In this document: positions 38,822 to 48,256 of the stretch, piece by piece
Numbering within the stretch: the first letter of the stretch is position 1
Layout of the letters: every line of letters starts with the position of its first letter
Assembly (NCBI GenBank): GCA_017635465.1
Contig: JAGBLL010000036.1
Coordinates: 76,078-140,077 of the forward strand
DNA from: Bacilli bacterium
GTDB lineage: Bacteria; Bacillota_I; Bacilli_A; RFN20; CAG-826
Direction: 5' to 3'
DNA length: 64,000 bases
Made by a program: the position numbers and the translations under genes
Notes under the pieces: model-generated
Database searches by the model: none
Told to the model about the DNA's origin: nothing
The model's input: only the letters and a program-made list of their open reading frames with translations

Positions 38822-39403
38822 TTAATCATGATATTCATTATTTTTAAGAGAACTAACACCGTTTTTAATTAAATTAGTTATTAACTGTATCATATCTTCT
38901 TTTGGCATTGCTCTTTTTGTTTTAATCCAGCTACCATACATTGAACTAACACTCATATGATAGTGTTTGAAGACGATACTTTGTACCATTGGATCTAAAT
39001 GAGAAAAAGTGTGAAGCATTTCTTTTTCTTTTAAAAGGATTAACGCGCGTTTTCTTGATAACTCCTTAGTATAGAAATAAGTATCCGTGGAGTTTATTTT
39101 TTGATAAACAGGATTACTTTCGTTTAAATCAAAAAACGCCCTTACAACTGTCTCTACATCTTCCAACAGATTAATACCTCTAACGCGTTGATAAAAGCCT
39201 TTTATCGCTTCTTCTTGTAACTCAACAAAGATATCATCAAGTTGCTTATAATGTAAATAAAAGGTTCTTCTATTAAAACCGGCGGTATCACATAATTCTT
39301 TAACAGTGATTTTTAAATAGTCATCGTAATCAAGTATTAACTTTTTAAAAGCTTCTTTAAAATGTTTTTTTGTTTTTTGGACGCGTGGATCTAGTTCGTT
39401 CAT
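38822..39403 (-). CDS. TetR/AcrR-family transcriptional regulator
   Basis: DPRVQKTK...ITVKELCDTAGFNRRTFYLHY HTH; divergent from the 39734 operon. Confidence 0.92.
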   Translation of the reverse strand: MNELDPRVQKTKKHFKEAFKKLILDYDDYLKITVKELCDTAGFNRRTFYLHYKQLDDIFVELQEEAIKGFYQRVRGINLLEDVETVVRAFFDLNESNPVYQKINSTDTYFYTKELSRKRALILLKEKEMLHTFSHLDPMVQSIVFKHYHMSVSSMYGSWIKTKRAMPKEDMIQLITNLIKNGVSSLKNNEYHD

Positions 39404-39733
39404 TATTTTTTACACACTTTTCGTGCTTTTGCGAATTAAGTTTACTAGAAAGATATGCGTATTACTACATAAATATATGTAATATTTTCAACTAAAATAT
39501 TATAAAAATGCGACTAGCCACAATAGGCAACAATAATTAATGCACATGTTCCTTAAATGTGTGTACTTTCATTTACCAATAGCAAGATTGTCAATATAAT
39601 AACGATAGGAATGTCATATTTTTGATTTCGCAAAGTTATCTATTTTCTATGGAGATTTTTTGTGGCTGATATTCTGACTAATTTGGTACTTACGCGTATC
39701 GCGTATTTATAAGCTTTTTTAAAGGAGACTCGT

Positions 39734-42700
39734 ATGGACAAAAAGCAAAAAAAGAACGTAAAAGTTCTGACTGGCGTTTTGGCTCTTGCAGCAGGCATGG
39801 CAATTGCCTCTGCTACATCCGCTGCTCCAAGTTATGCTTCTTTTGCTGGTGAACAAAAGGGTAAATTCTATCCTGATTTTTCCACATATGCAGAAGAACA
39901 AGAATTTGCGGGCAATTTAAACGTCAAACTTATGCAGGAGAGTATTACTCTATTAAAGAATAAAGATGATGCTCTTCCATTAGCAAAAGGTTCTAATATC
40001 TCATTATTAGGAACCCACTCTTATAGACCATTCTTAGGTGGTACCGGTTCTGGTTCTATCGGTGGCAGTTTCGCTACATTACCAGATAGCTTAACCGAAG
40101 CTGGATTAAACCTAAATGCTGCTATTGCTGATTACTATGAAGCACATGACTACAAATCAAATGTTTGTGTACAAGGTATGTTTACCTCTGCTTCTCAATC
40201 AGTTGATGGCCCTGCTGAAGAAGTTGCACAATTAAAAAACACATTCCAATTATATGGTGATGCAGCAGTTATCACACTTGGCCGTATCGGTGGTGAAGGT
40301 GATGATTTATTAAGAAATCAAGTTGGTACATCTGGCAATATTAAAGTCAATCAAGATGTTACTAAACACAGTCTTGAATTATTTGATACAGAAAAAGACC
40401 TTATTGAACTCGCTAAACAACATTGCGATAAAGTGATTATCTTAATCAACTCCGCTAACGCAATGGAAATTCCTGAATTGGAAGATGATCCTGATATTGA
40501 CGCTATCGTTTGGATTGGTCAACCAGGTGAAACAGGCTTAAAGGGTGTTGGTCCAGTTTTAGTTGGTGATGTCGCTCCATCTGGCAAATTAGCGGATGTT
40601 TGGCCAGCTGATTTCAAAAAAGATCCAACATGGTTCAACTTTGGTAATAACCAACAAAACAATGCATATGATGCTGAAAGCCAACAATTCGCCAGTGAAT
40701 ATGCAAATACTGTTACTAAGAAAGAAGGCAGCACTGTTGCCAACGGCACAAGATATGCTCTTGAAGAAGAAGAAGGCATTTATTTAGGTTACAAATGGTA
40801 TGAAACCGCTGCAGCTGATGATGTTTTAGATAAGATTGCTATTTATGAAGCTGAAAAAGGTGTTATTCCAGAAGATAAAGATGGTGACAAATATTACAAT
40901 CGTTCAACTGGCGTTGTCTATCCATTTGGTTTTGGCTTATCTTACACACAATTCACAAAGCAATTTGTCTCAACAGCTGAACAAATTAAAGCCGCTGTCA
41001 ACGCCTCTTCTTCATTAGAAAGCAGTATCCCAGTTAAAGTTAAAGTTACTAACACTGGTACAGTTGCTGGTAAAGAAGTCGTTCAACTTTATAACCATGC
41101 TCCATATACATTAAACGGCATTGAAAAAGCCGAAGTCTCTTTAGCGGGCTTTGCTAAAACAGATCTTTTAAGACCTGGTAAATCACAAGTCGTTACAGTG
41201 GATGTTAGAGTCGGTGATTTAGCTTCATTCGACTATAATGACGCTAACGCAAACGGCTTCTCCGGTTGGGAAATCGAAGCAGGTAATTATGGATTAAGAT
41301 TACAAGACAACTCTCACGATTGTCTTGCTGAATTAGAATTAGCATTAAACGCAAAAGAATTTAAGAAAGATGGTTCTGCTGCCACTGGTTTAACAGAATC
41401 TGAAAATTATAATGTTTTATCTAAAGGTGATGATTACGATACATTATTACCAATCAAGAAACACGAAGCTGATAAAGATGGTGTCACATTCAAATTAATG
41501 ACACGTTCTAACCTTGTCAGTTCATTCCCAACAGCGCCAAAGGCTGAGGAACGTGTTTATCCAGATGTCGTTCTCGCTTTATTAACAAACTCCAATCAAA
41601 GATCTGGTGTTTCTAGCTATAGTGAAGGTGATGAAGGCTATGACCAATGGGCTAAATATTATCGTTACACTGGTTATTTCAATGGTTCTGATGACTTACC
41701 AACAGACCCATGGTATAAGACCAATGCTGATATCCCAGCTTCTTGGACACAATTAGCAACCGCTAGACAAAGTGGTACACAAACTGAAGTCCTCATCCAA
41801 CAAATGTCTGGTTTAGATTTCAATTCTGATAGAATCGTTCCAGAAGGTCATCCATATGCTGGTTCAACTGAAGCCGAAGCTTGGAACAAATTCATGAACC
41901 AATTAACATATGCTGAATTAGCAGCATTTGTCCAAAACGGTGGTTATAGAACACCAGGCTTAAACGCTATTGGTAAAAAACAATCCGGTGACCAAGATGG
42001 TCCTGCCCAATTAAAAGGTACTCGAAATGGTGGCGACTTTGTTACAAACTTCAACCAAGCTGGTACACCATGGTGCTGCGAAGTCAACATTGCTTCTTCT
42101 TGGAACGTTGATTTAGCTCACAAACAAGGTCTCTGTGTTGGTAATGAATCCTTATTCAATGGCAGTAATGGTTGGTATGGTCCTGCTATGAACATTCATA
42201 GATCTCCATTCTCTGGCCGTAACTTCGAATATTATTCACAAGATGGTGTCCATAGTGGTATCATCGCTGGCGCAGTTGTCTCTGGTGCACAATCCAAAGG
42301 TTGTAACGTCTTCATGAAGCACTATGCTTTAAACGATCAAGAAACAAACCGTATGGATGGTATTGCCACTTACAATTCCGAACAAGCTATTAGAGAAAAT
42401 ATTTTAAAACCATTCGAATATGCAACAAAAGTTGGTCACGCTACTGCTGTTATGACAGCCTTCAATAGATCTGGTTCTATTCCTGCATTCGCTAACTATA
42501 TGTTCAATGAAGAAATCCTCCGTCAAGAATGGGGCTTCATGGGCGAATCCGTTACAGACTACTACTCAGCTTCTATGGGTAAAGGTAACTACTTACAACG
42601 TGGTGGCTGCCATATGGCCTTAAACGGTAACTTAAATTACAACACAAACGTCACAGGTACATCCACAAACACAAATGCTATCACTGGTATTTGGGATGCA

Positions 42701-43882
42701 ACATTACGTGATGGTAAAGGTGGTGTCCGTGATGGTCTTAAAGCAGAAGATGTCATTCCAGAATCTCCAACTCAATACTACGCTATCCGTATGGCCGCTA
42801 CATATATCTGCTGGGTTGGCGCAAACTCCAACGCCATTCAAAATGGTGTCACAACAGTTGGTGCTACAGGCAATACAACAACAGCCGCTAACATCTTCTC
42901 ATTTGATAATGAACAAACAATTAGATATGGTAATCAAGTTGAAATCGATGTCAACGCTGATGCTAAACACATTCCATCAGATTGCTCTGTGAGATATGAA
43001 ATCGCCGGTAACTTACCAGAAGGCTTATCTTTCAATGCTTCCACAGGAAAAATCGTTGGTAGTGCTACAGCTCTTGGTACATACAATGTGACAGTTAGAG
43101 CAATTATTGATAATTACATTTTAAGAACAGCTTCATTAAGAGTTAATGTTGGCCCAACAGCCCAAGTTAACGAAACTGTTTACTTAACACCAACCATTTA
43201 TAAAGTCGGTGATCACTATCAAAATAACCCAACATATGAAATTACTGTTGCTAATGAACCAACAGTCAGTGGCTTCGAAGGCGCTGAAATCGTTACTTTA
43301 GATGCAGAAGCCGCTACTGCTTTAGGATTAGAAGCTGGTACATATATCAAATTATCTTCTGCTGAAGCTGGTTTATTTAACATCCGAGTCAGTCAAGCAA
43401 TCACATATAAAAGAAACGCTTGGCAAACAAGAAATGCTACTGTTACTACAGACTATAGCATCATGATCGGTACTCCAGAAGTTACTCCAGATCCAGTTGT
43501 CCATGGTGGTATTGTTACTTCCGTTATCAACGATCAAGGTCACTTAGTTATTACTTACGAAGATGGCACAGTCGCTGATTTAGGCTTAGTAGTTGGTGCA
43601 AACGGTCAAGACGGCGCACAAGGTCCTGCTGGCCCAGCCGGTGAAAAGGGTGATACAGGCGCACAAGGTCCTGCTGGCCCAGCCGGTGCTGACGGTAAAG
43701 ATGGTGCACAAGGTCCTGCTGGCCCAGCCGGTGCTGACGGTAAAGATGGCGTTGACGGTAAAGATGGTACTTCCGCAAAAGGTTGTGGTGGCTCTATCGT
43801 TGCTACATCAGGCGTCATGGCATTATTCGCCGGTTTAGGCATTGCCATTATCTCTCTCAAGAGATCCAAAAAAGATAACTAA
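39734..43882 (+). CDS. Secreted GH3 beta-glycosidase 4 with He_PIG-like Ig domain, collagen stalk and C-terminal anchor
   Basis: Sec-type signal peptide without Cys; permuted GH3 (RIGGEGDD, GRNFEYYS, MKHY, SVTDY); LPEGLSFNASTGKIVGS; 20 Gly-X-Y triplets; KGCGGS + TM helix + KRSKK tail. Confidence 0.9.
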   Translation: MDKKQKKNVKVLTGVLALAAGMAIASATSAAPSYASFAGEQKGKFYPDFSTYAEEQEFAGNLNVKLMQESITLLKNKDDALPLAKGSNISLLGTHSYRPFLGGTGSGSIGGSFATLPDSLTEAGLNLNAAIADYYEAHDYKSNVCVQGMFTSASQSVDGPAEEVAQLKNTFQLYGDAAVITLGRIGGEGDDLLRNQVGTSGNIKVNQDVTKHSLELFDTEKDLIELAKQHCDKVIILINSANAMEIPELEDDPDIDAIVWIGQPGETGLKGVGPVLVGDVAPSGKLADVWPADFKKDPTWFNFGNNQQNNAYDAESQQFASEYANTVTKKEGSTVANGTRYALEEEEGIYLGYKWYETAAADDVLDKIAIYEAEKGVIPEDKDGDKYYNRSTGVVYPFGFGLSYTQFTKQFVSTAEQIKAAVNASSSLESSIPVKVKVTNTGTVAGKEVVQLYNHAPYTLNGIEKAEVSLAGFAKTDLLRPGKSQVVTVDVRVGDLASFDYNDANANGFSGWEIEAGNYGLRLQDNSHDCLAELELALNAKEFKKDGSAATGLTESENYNVLSKGDDYDTLLPIKKHEADKDGVTFKLMTRSNLVSSFPTAPKAEERVYPDVVLALLTNSNQRSGVSSYSEGDEGYDQWAKYYRYTGYFNGSDDLPTDPWYKTNADIPASWTQLATARQSGTQTEVLIQQMSGLDFNSDRIVPEGHPYAGSTEAEAWNKFMNQLTYAELAAFVQNGGYRTPGLNAIGKKQSGDQDGPAQLKGTRNGGDFVTNFNQAGTPWCCEVNIASSWNVDLAHKQGLCVGNESLFNGSNGWYGPAMNIHRSPFSGRNFEYYSQDGVHSGIIAGAVVSGAQSKGCNVFMKHYALNDQETNRMDGIATYNSEQAIRENILKPFEYATKVGHATAVMTAFNRSGSIPAFANYMFNEEILRQEWGFMGESVTDYYSASMGKGNYLQRGGCHMALNGNLNYNTNVTGTSTNTNAITGIWDATLRDGKGGVRDGLKAEDVIPESPTQYYAIRMAATYICWVGANSNAIQNGVTTVGATGNTTTAANIFSFDNEQTIRYGNQVEIDVNADAKHIPSDCSVRYEIAGNLPEGLSFNASTGKIVGSATALGTYNVTVRAIIDNYILRTASLRVNVGPTAQVNETVYLTPTIYKVGDHYQNNPTYEITVANEPTVSGFEGAEIVTLDAEAATALGLEAGTYIKLSSAEAGLFNIRVSQAITYKRNAWQTRNATVTTDYSIMIGTPEVTPDPVVHGGIVTSVINDQGHLVITYEDGTVADLGLVVGANGQDGAQGPAGPAGEKGDTGAQGPAGPAGADGKDGAQGPAGPAGADGKDGVDGKDGTSAKGCGGSIVATSGVMALFAGLGIAIISLKRSKKDN
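43595..43774 (+). repeat. Collagen-like (Gly-X-Y)20 coding repeat
   Basis: GAN GQD GAQ GPA GPA GEK GDT ... GTS; three copies of gcacaaggtcctgctggcccagccggtg at 45-bp period. Confidence 0.95.
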
Positions 43883-43922
43883 TTGCTAATTTGCAGTTAA
43901 GTTGTTAATTACAAACGAATAT

Positions 43923-43953
43923 GGCTCCCGTGAACACTATGCTCACGGGGGCC
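43923..43953 (+). other. Intercistronic GC-rich stem-loop without U-tract
   Basis: ggctcccgtga-acactatgc-tcacgggggcc. Confidence 0.6.
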
Positions 43954-44004
43954 TTATCAAGCATTAAAATGCATGCATATGCACGCATAGAAAAGAGGGT
44001 ATTT

Positions 44005-45039
44005 ATGAAAATCAACAAATTATTAGGTTTGACTTTGCTCTTGAGTTCCATGACAATCTCTGCTTGTAGTGGTAAAGCTTCCTCTAACGAAGAAAAGAAA
44101 CCATCAAGTGCTACACCTAGCGTTGTTGAACCAAGTTCGAATACATCGTCAAGTTCAGTTGTTCAACCAAGTTCAAACAGCGCTCCTAAATCAAGCTCAA
44201 GCAGCACTCCTAAATCAAGTTCTAGCGCTCAACCAAGTTCAAACAGTGCTCCTAAATCAAGCTCAAGCGCTCAACCAAGTTCAAATTCTCAACAAAGTTC
44301 ACAAAGCAGTAGTGGCTCTAATGTCGATCAATATCTTTTGAAACACGCTGAAGGTCAAACTGCTAATTATATTTTTGAAGCTGAATGTACAGACTTAAGA
44401 GGTAAAAGTGGCTCTGGATATTCTGGTGGTGCAACCGGTTCAGGTTTAGCTACTCATAATGCTTCAGACATTTCATTTGTCACTTTCTTATATACAGAAG
44501 GAATCTCTGTTAATTTCTTCGTCGCATGTGATAGAGATGTCAGCGACGCTAAATTAAGAGCGAGATTCGGTGGCGAATTTATTCATGTCTTACTAAGTCC
44601 AGATAATTACACAATTCGTGTTGACCAAGCCATTGATTCTGCTTTCCTTACAGACTATGACCCTGATAATTTAGATTCTGATGGTTCATTAGGAAACTGG
44701 GATTCATTCTTCCTTAACTATTACAGTGTTGAAGAAACAAATGGCTATTTCCTTAGCGAATGGGAATGCGAAAGTATCGATATTGATGCTTCTAATCAAA
44801 GCGATGTTGTCGGATGGAATACTTTCGATATCACATTTGCTCTTTCTCTTAAACAAGGCATCAATTGCATCTCATTAATTACTGATAATGAAGAAATTAC
44901 AGGCGATGCTCCTCATGGCACAATGACCGCAACAGCACCTGTTATTGACTATATTTCCATTGAAACAAGTGCTCAATTAGGTGTTTTTAACGCAAAAGAT
45001 AATGGCGAAGGTGAAAATGCTGTTCACTTCGCTGCCTAA
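44005..45039 (+). CDS. Lipoprotein with Ser-rich linker and CBM6/35-like module
   Basis: Start at ATG 44005 (gaggg SD); lipobox ISAC; repeated QPSSNSAPKSSSS; YIFEAE...LKQGIN...APVIDYISIE pattern. Confidence 0.7.
   Translation: MKINKLLGLTLLLSSMTISACSGKASSNEEKKPSSATPSVVEPSSNTSSSSVVQPSSNSAPKSSSSSTPKSSSSAQPSSNSAPKSSSSAQPSSNSQQSSQSSSGSNVDQYLLKHAEGQTANYIFEAECTDLRGKSGSGYSGGATGSGLATHNASDISFVTFLYTEGISVNFFVACDRDVSDAKLRARFGGEFIHVLLSPDNYTIRVDQAIDSAFLTDYDPDNLDSDGSLGNWDSFFLNYYSVEETNGYFLSEWECESIDIDASNQSDVVGWNTFDITFALSLKQGINCISLITDNEEITGDAPHGTMTATAPVIDYISIETSAQLGVFNAKDNGEGENAVHFAA
44101..44320 (+). repeat. Ser/Pro-rich linker repeat
   Basis: Near-tandem caaccaagttcaaacagYgctcctaaatcaagctcaagc units. Confidence 0.85.
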
Positions 45040-45058
45040 TAGTAAGGAGCTTTAATCT

Positions 45059-48040
45059 ATGGGTATTAGAAAAAGTGGATTAATTCCATGGGCAATTACT
45101 ACAGCTGTTTTAACTGGTGTATTAATTACCGCTAACGTTCTTTTAACAGGACCTTTAAAAGGTATTGTTTCTACCGCTTTAAGTGATAGAGGCAGAATGG
45201 AACTCATTAATGAAGATGGTTCTAGATTTAAACTAGATGAAGGTATTACTGATAAAGCATCTGCTAAAGAAAATGGTAATAAAACAAACATTAATATTGT
45301 TCGTGAAGGTATTACACTTCTTAAAAACAAGGATAATAACGCTCTTCCATTAGCAAAAGGAGCTAAATTATCTATCTTTGGTAAGAATTCGTCTAATGTC
45401 GCTATTGGTGGATCTGGCTCTGGTAGTGCTTCTACTGATGGTATGATTGATTTCTTCTCTTCACTAGAAAAAGCAGGTTTTACATACAATCCTACGTTAA
45501 AAGCTTTCTATGATGATAATACAAAATCTGGGGCAGGTAGAGATAAAAACAACAAAGACTTAGATAGTGGTAAACCTATCGAATTAGTGGAATCTTATGT
45601 TGGTGAAACCGAAATCACTGCTTATACAGATGATATTTGGAATAGCTGTAATGAATATAAAGACGCTGCTTTAATTATGATTACACGTATCGGTGGTGAA
45701 GGTGCTGATTTACCAAGAACACCAACTGATCATATTTTAAAATTACGTCCAGCGGAAAAAGACTTAATTAACAAAGTCAAGACAATGGGTTTTGGTAAAG
45801 TAGTATTAATGCTCAATACCGCGACATCATTAGAACTTGGCGATGTGCAAAAAGATGAAGGTGTTGATGCCATTTTATGGATTGGCTATGACGGTACAGC
45901 TGGTTTGACCGCTGTGGGTGAAGTCTTAAAAGGCGAAACTAATGATGGCGTTAAATTTTCTCCTTCTGGTAAAACAGTTGATATTTATCCAGCAGATTTT
46001 ACAAAAGATCCAACATGGAATAACTTTGGTGGTAACATCGGTGTTGTTTCTCAAGGTGAAGGTAGCAAGTACGTTGGTGTTTCTGGCGATTGTTATTACA
46101 CAATGGCCAAAAGAGGACCAGTTGATTCCCAAATCTATTTTGCCGACTATGAAGAAGGCATTTACTACGGTTATAGATATTATGAAACCGCCGCAGCGGA
46201 TGGCTATATCAACTATGATGAAGCCATTGTTTATCCGTTTGGTTATGGTTTGAGCTATACAAACTTCTCTTGGGAATTAAAGAATAAGGCTAGTATTCCT
46301 ACTACTTTAACAAAAGACACAAAGATGACTTTTGAAGTTGAAGTTACTAATACTGGTACATATCCAGGTAGAGATGTTGTTGAACTCTATGTCACACCAC
46401 ACTATAACGTTGGTGGTTTAGATAAAGCCGCTAAGATTCTTGTTGGCTTTGATAAAACAGAATTATTACAACCAGGTGAAAAAGAAACATTAAAGATTAC
46501 AATTGATTCACCATATTCATATGCTTCTTATGATTATAAAGGTGTTACTGGTCAAAAAGGCTATGTTGTTGAAGCAGGTAATTATTCTTTCACATTAGGT
46601 ACAGATAGCCATCACGCAAAAGAAATGTCTGATGCTGTTATAACCGCTAATGTTGCAGATAACATCCGCTATGAAAAAGATCCTATTACAGATAATGAGA
46701 TTAAAAATCTTTTCTCTGATAACGAAGATCCATATTTAAACGGGGACGCTCAACTTGGCTCAATTATGCACCGTAATGACTTTGCGGGAACATGGCCTCA
46801 AACAAGAAGTGAAAACGAAAAGAAAATCGGTGGTGAAAAGATTAAAGAAGGATGGGAAATCTCTTCTGATTGGATTAGCAAGATGAAGGATTATACTCCA
46901 AAGCCAAATAATCCTATCAATATTACTGAAATGCCAGTTACTGGTGCAGATAATGGCATTAAATTTACTGACTTAGTAATGTTAGATTACAATGACAAAA
47001 AATGGGACGAATTCATTGATCAATTAACTAAAGAAGAAATGAAGACATTGATTAATGAAGGTGCCTTTATCACTAGCGCAATTGCTAGATTAGGCGTTCC
47101 TCCAACCGATAATACCGATGGTCCAGTTGGTTGGGTCAACTTTATTGACCAGAAAACATTCACAGGCACATGTTCTTATTGCTGTGAAGTCGTTATCGCT
47201 TCCACATGGAATGTAGACCGTGTTTATGATATGGGTAGAGCAGTTGGTAACGAAGGTCTTGTTGGTAATACACAAAATTCGATCAATAGACCATATACTG
47301 GCTGGTACGCTCCAGGTCTTAATATTCACCGTTCTCCATTTGGTGGTAGAAACTTCGAATACTATTCAGAAGATCCATTCTTAAGTGGTATTTTAGCGGC
47401 TTCTATTTCTAAAGGTACTTGGTCAAAAGGCTGCTATACAACATTAAAGCACTTCGCGGTTAATGAAACCGAGACACATAGAATGGGCTTATTAACATGG
47501 CTTGATGAACAAAACTTAAGAGAAAACTATCTTAAAGGCTTTGAAATCGCTGTTAAAGGTGGAAATAGTGACTTGAATAATCACGAATACTTTGGCGAAG
47601 ATAAAGCCACAAAACCAGTTTCTGTTATGACTTCATTTAACAGAATTGGTGAAAGATGGACAGGTGGCGACTATCGCGTTAACACCCTCATCTTAAGAGA
47701 AGAATGGGGCTTTGAAGGATTTACAATCTGTGACTTCAACACCAATGAATTCATGGTGGAAAAAGATATGTTCTATTCCGGTGGTGACCTTAATTTACAA
47801 GGCGCCGGTAACGTATGGAATCCAGACTTTAGTAGTCCTAATGATGTTGAAGTTATGAAGAAATGTTCTAAAAACATCCTCTATGTTGTAGCAAATAGTA
47901 ATGCAGTTAGAGGTGAATTTAAAGTCCATATGCCAAATTGGCAAATCGGCTTATATATTGGAACAGGTGTAGTGGCCGCTGGATTATTAACTTGGGGCTT
48001 CTTCGTCTTCTTTAAAATCTTTAGACGCAAAACGAAGTAA
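45059..48040 (+). CDS. GH3 beta-glycosidase 5, permuted, with N- and C-terminal membrane helices
   Basis: EGITLLKN, RIGGEGAD, GRNFEYYSEDP, LKHF and TICDF motifs; C-terminal TM plus RRKTK. Confidence 0.9.
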   Translation: MGIRKSGLIPWAITTAVLTGVLITANVLLTGPLKGIVSTALSDRGRMELINEDGSRFKLDEGITDKASAKENGNKTNINIVREGITLLKNKDNNALPLAKGAKLSIFGKNSSNVAIGGSGSGSASTDGMIDFFSSLEKAGFTYNPTLKAFYDDNTKSGAGRDKNNKDLDSGKPIELVESYVGETEITAYTDDIWNSCNEYKDAALIMITRIGGEGADLPRTPTDHILKLRPAEKDLINKVKTMGFGKVVLMLNTATSLELGDVQKDEGVDAILWIGYDGTAGLTAVGEVLKGETNDGVKFSPSGKTVDIYPADFTKDPTWNNFGGNIGVVSQGEGSKYVGVSGDCYYTMAKRGPVDSQIYFADYEEGIYYGYRYYETAAADGYINYDEAIVYPFGYGLSYTNFSWELKNKASIPTTLTKDTKMTFEVEVTNTGTYPGRDVVELYVTPHYNVGGLDKAAKILVGFDKTELLQPGEKETLKITIDSPYSYASYDYKGVTGQKGYVVEAGNYSFTLGTDSHHAKEMSDAVITANVADNIRYEKDPITDNEIKNLFSDNEDPYLNGDAQLGSIMHRNDFAGTWPQTRSENEKKIGGEKIKEGWEISSDWISKMKDYTPKPNNPINITEMPVTGADNGIKFTDLVMLDYNDKKWDEFIDQLTKEEMKTLINEGAFITSAIARLGVPPTDNTDGPVGWVNFIDQKTFTGTCSYCCEVVIASTWNVDRVYDMGRAVGNEGLVGNTQNSINRPYTGWYAPGLNIHRSPFGGRNFEYYSEDPFLSGILAASISKGTWSKGCYTTLKHFAVNETETHRMGLLTWLDEQNLRENYLKGFEIAVKGGNSDLNNHEYFGEDKATKPVSVMTSFNRIGERWTGGDYRVNTLILREEWGFEGFTICDFNTNEFMVEKDMFYSGGDLNLQGAGNVWNPDFSSPNDVEVMKKCSKNILYVVANSNAVRGEFKVHMPNWQIGLYIGTGVVAAGLLTWGFFVFFKIFRRKTK

Positions 48041-48082
48041 AAGTATCTCAATAATTAAATAATTTAGATTACTTATTCACTT

Positions 48083-48122
48083 CATAAATTCCTTTTTATA
48101 GAGGGGCGCTCTGGCGCCCTTC
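48083..48122 (+). terminator. 3' element copy D: anti-SD tract plus GC hairpin
   Basis: cataaattccttttt then gaggggcgc-tctg-gcgcccttc. Confidence 0.7.
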
Positions 48123-48140
48123 TTCCTTAAAAAGGTCAGA

Positions 48141-48190
48141 TTATGTTAAAAAATAGACATTTTATGTAACATTGTTTCAATGTTATTAAC
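48141..48190 (+). promoter_or_regulatory. 21-bp-period direct repeats upstream of GH3-6
   Basis: ttatgtta (48141), ttatgtaa (48162), ttattaac (48183); TATAAT at 48201. Confidence 0.4.
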
Positions 48191-48256
48191 GATATGTTAA
48201 TATAATAATGCAATTATTAAATATCAACGATAATACCTCAGGTTAAGGAGTTTTTT

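Noticed and set aside
43551-43869. Repetitive ORFs in other frames over the collagen region, including an antisense PAGPAGP frame
   Set aside because: By-products of the 45-bp coding repeat in GH3-4.
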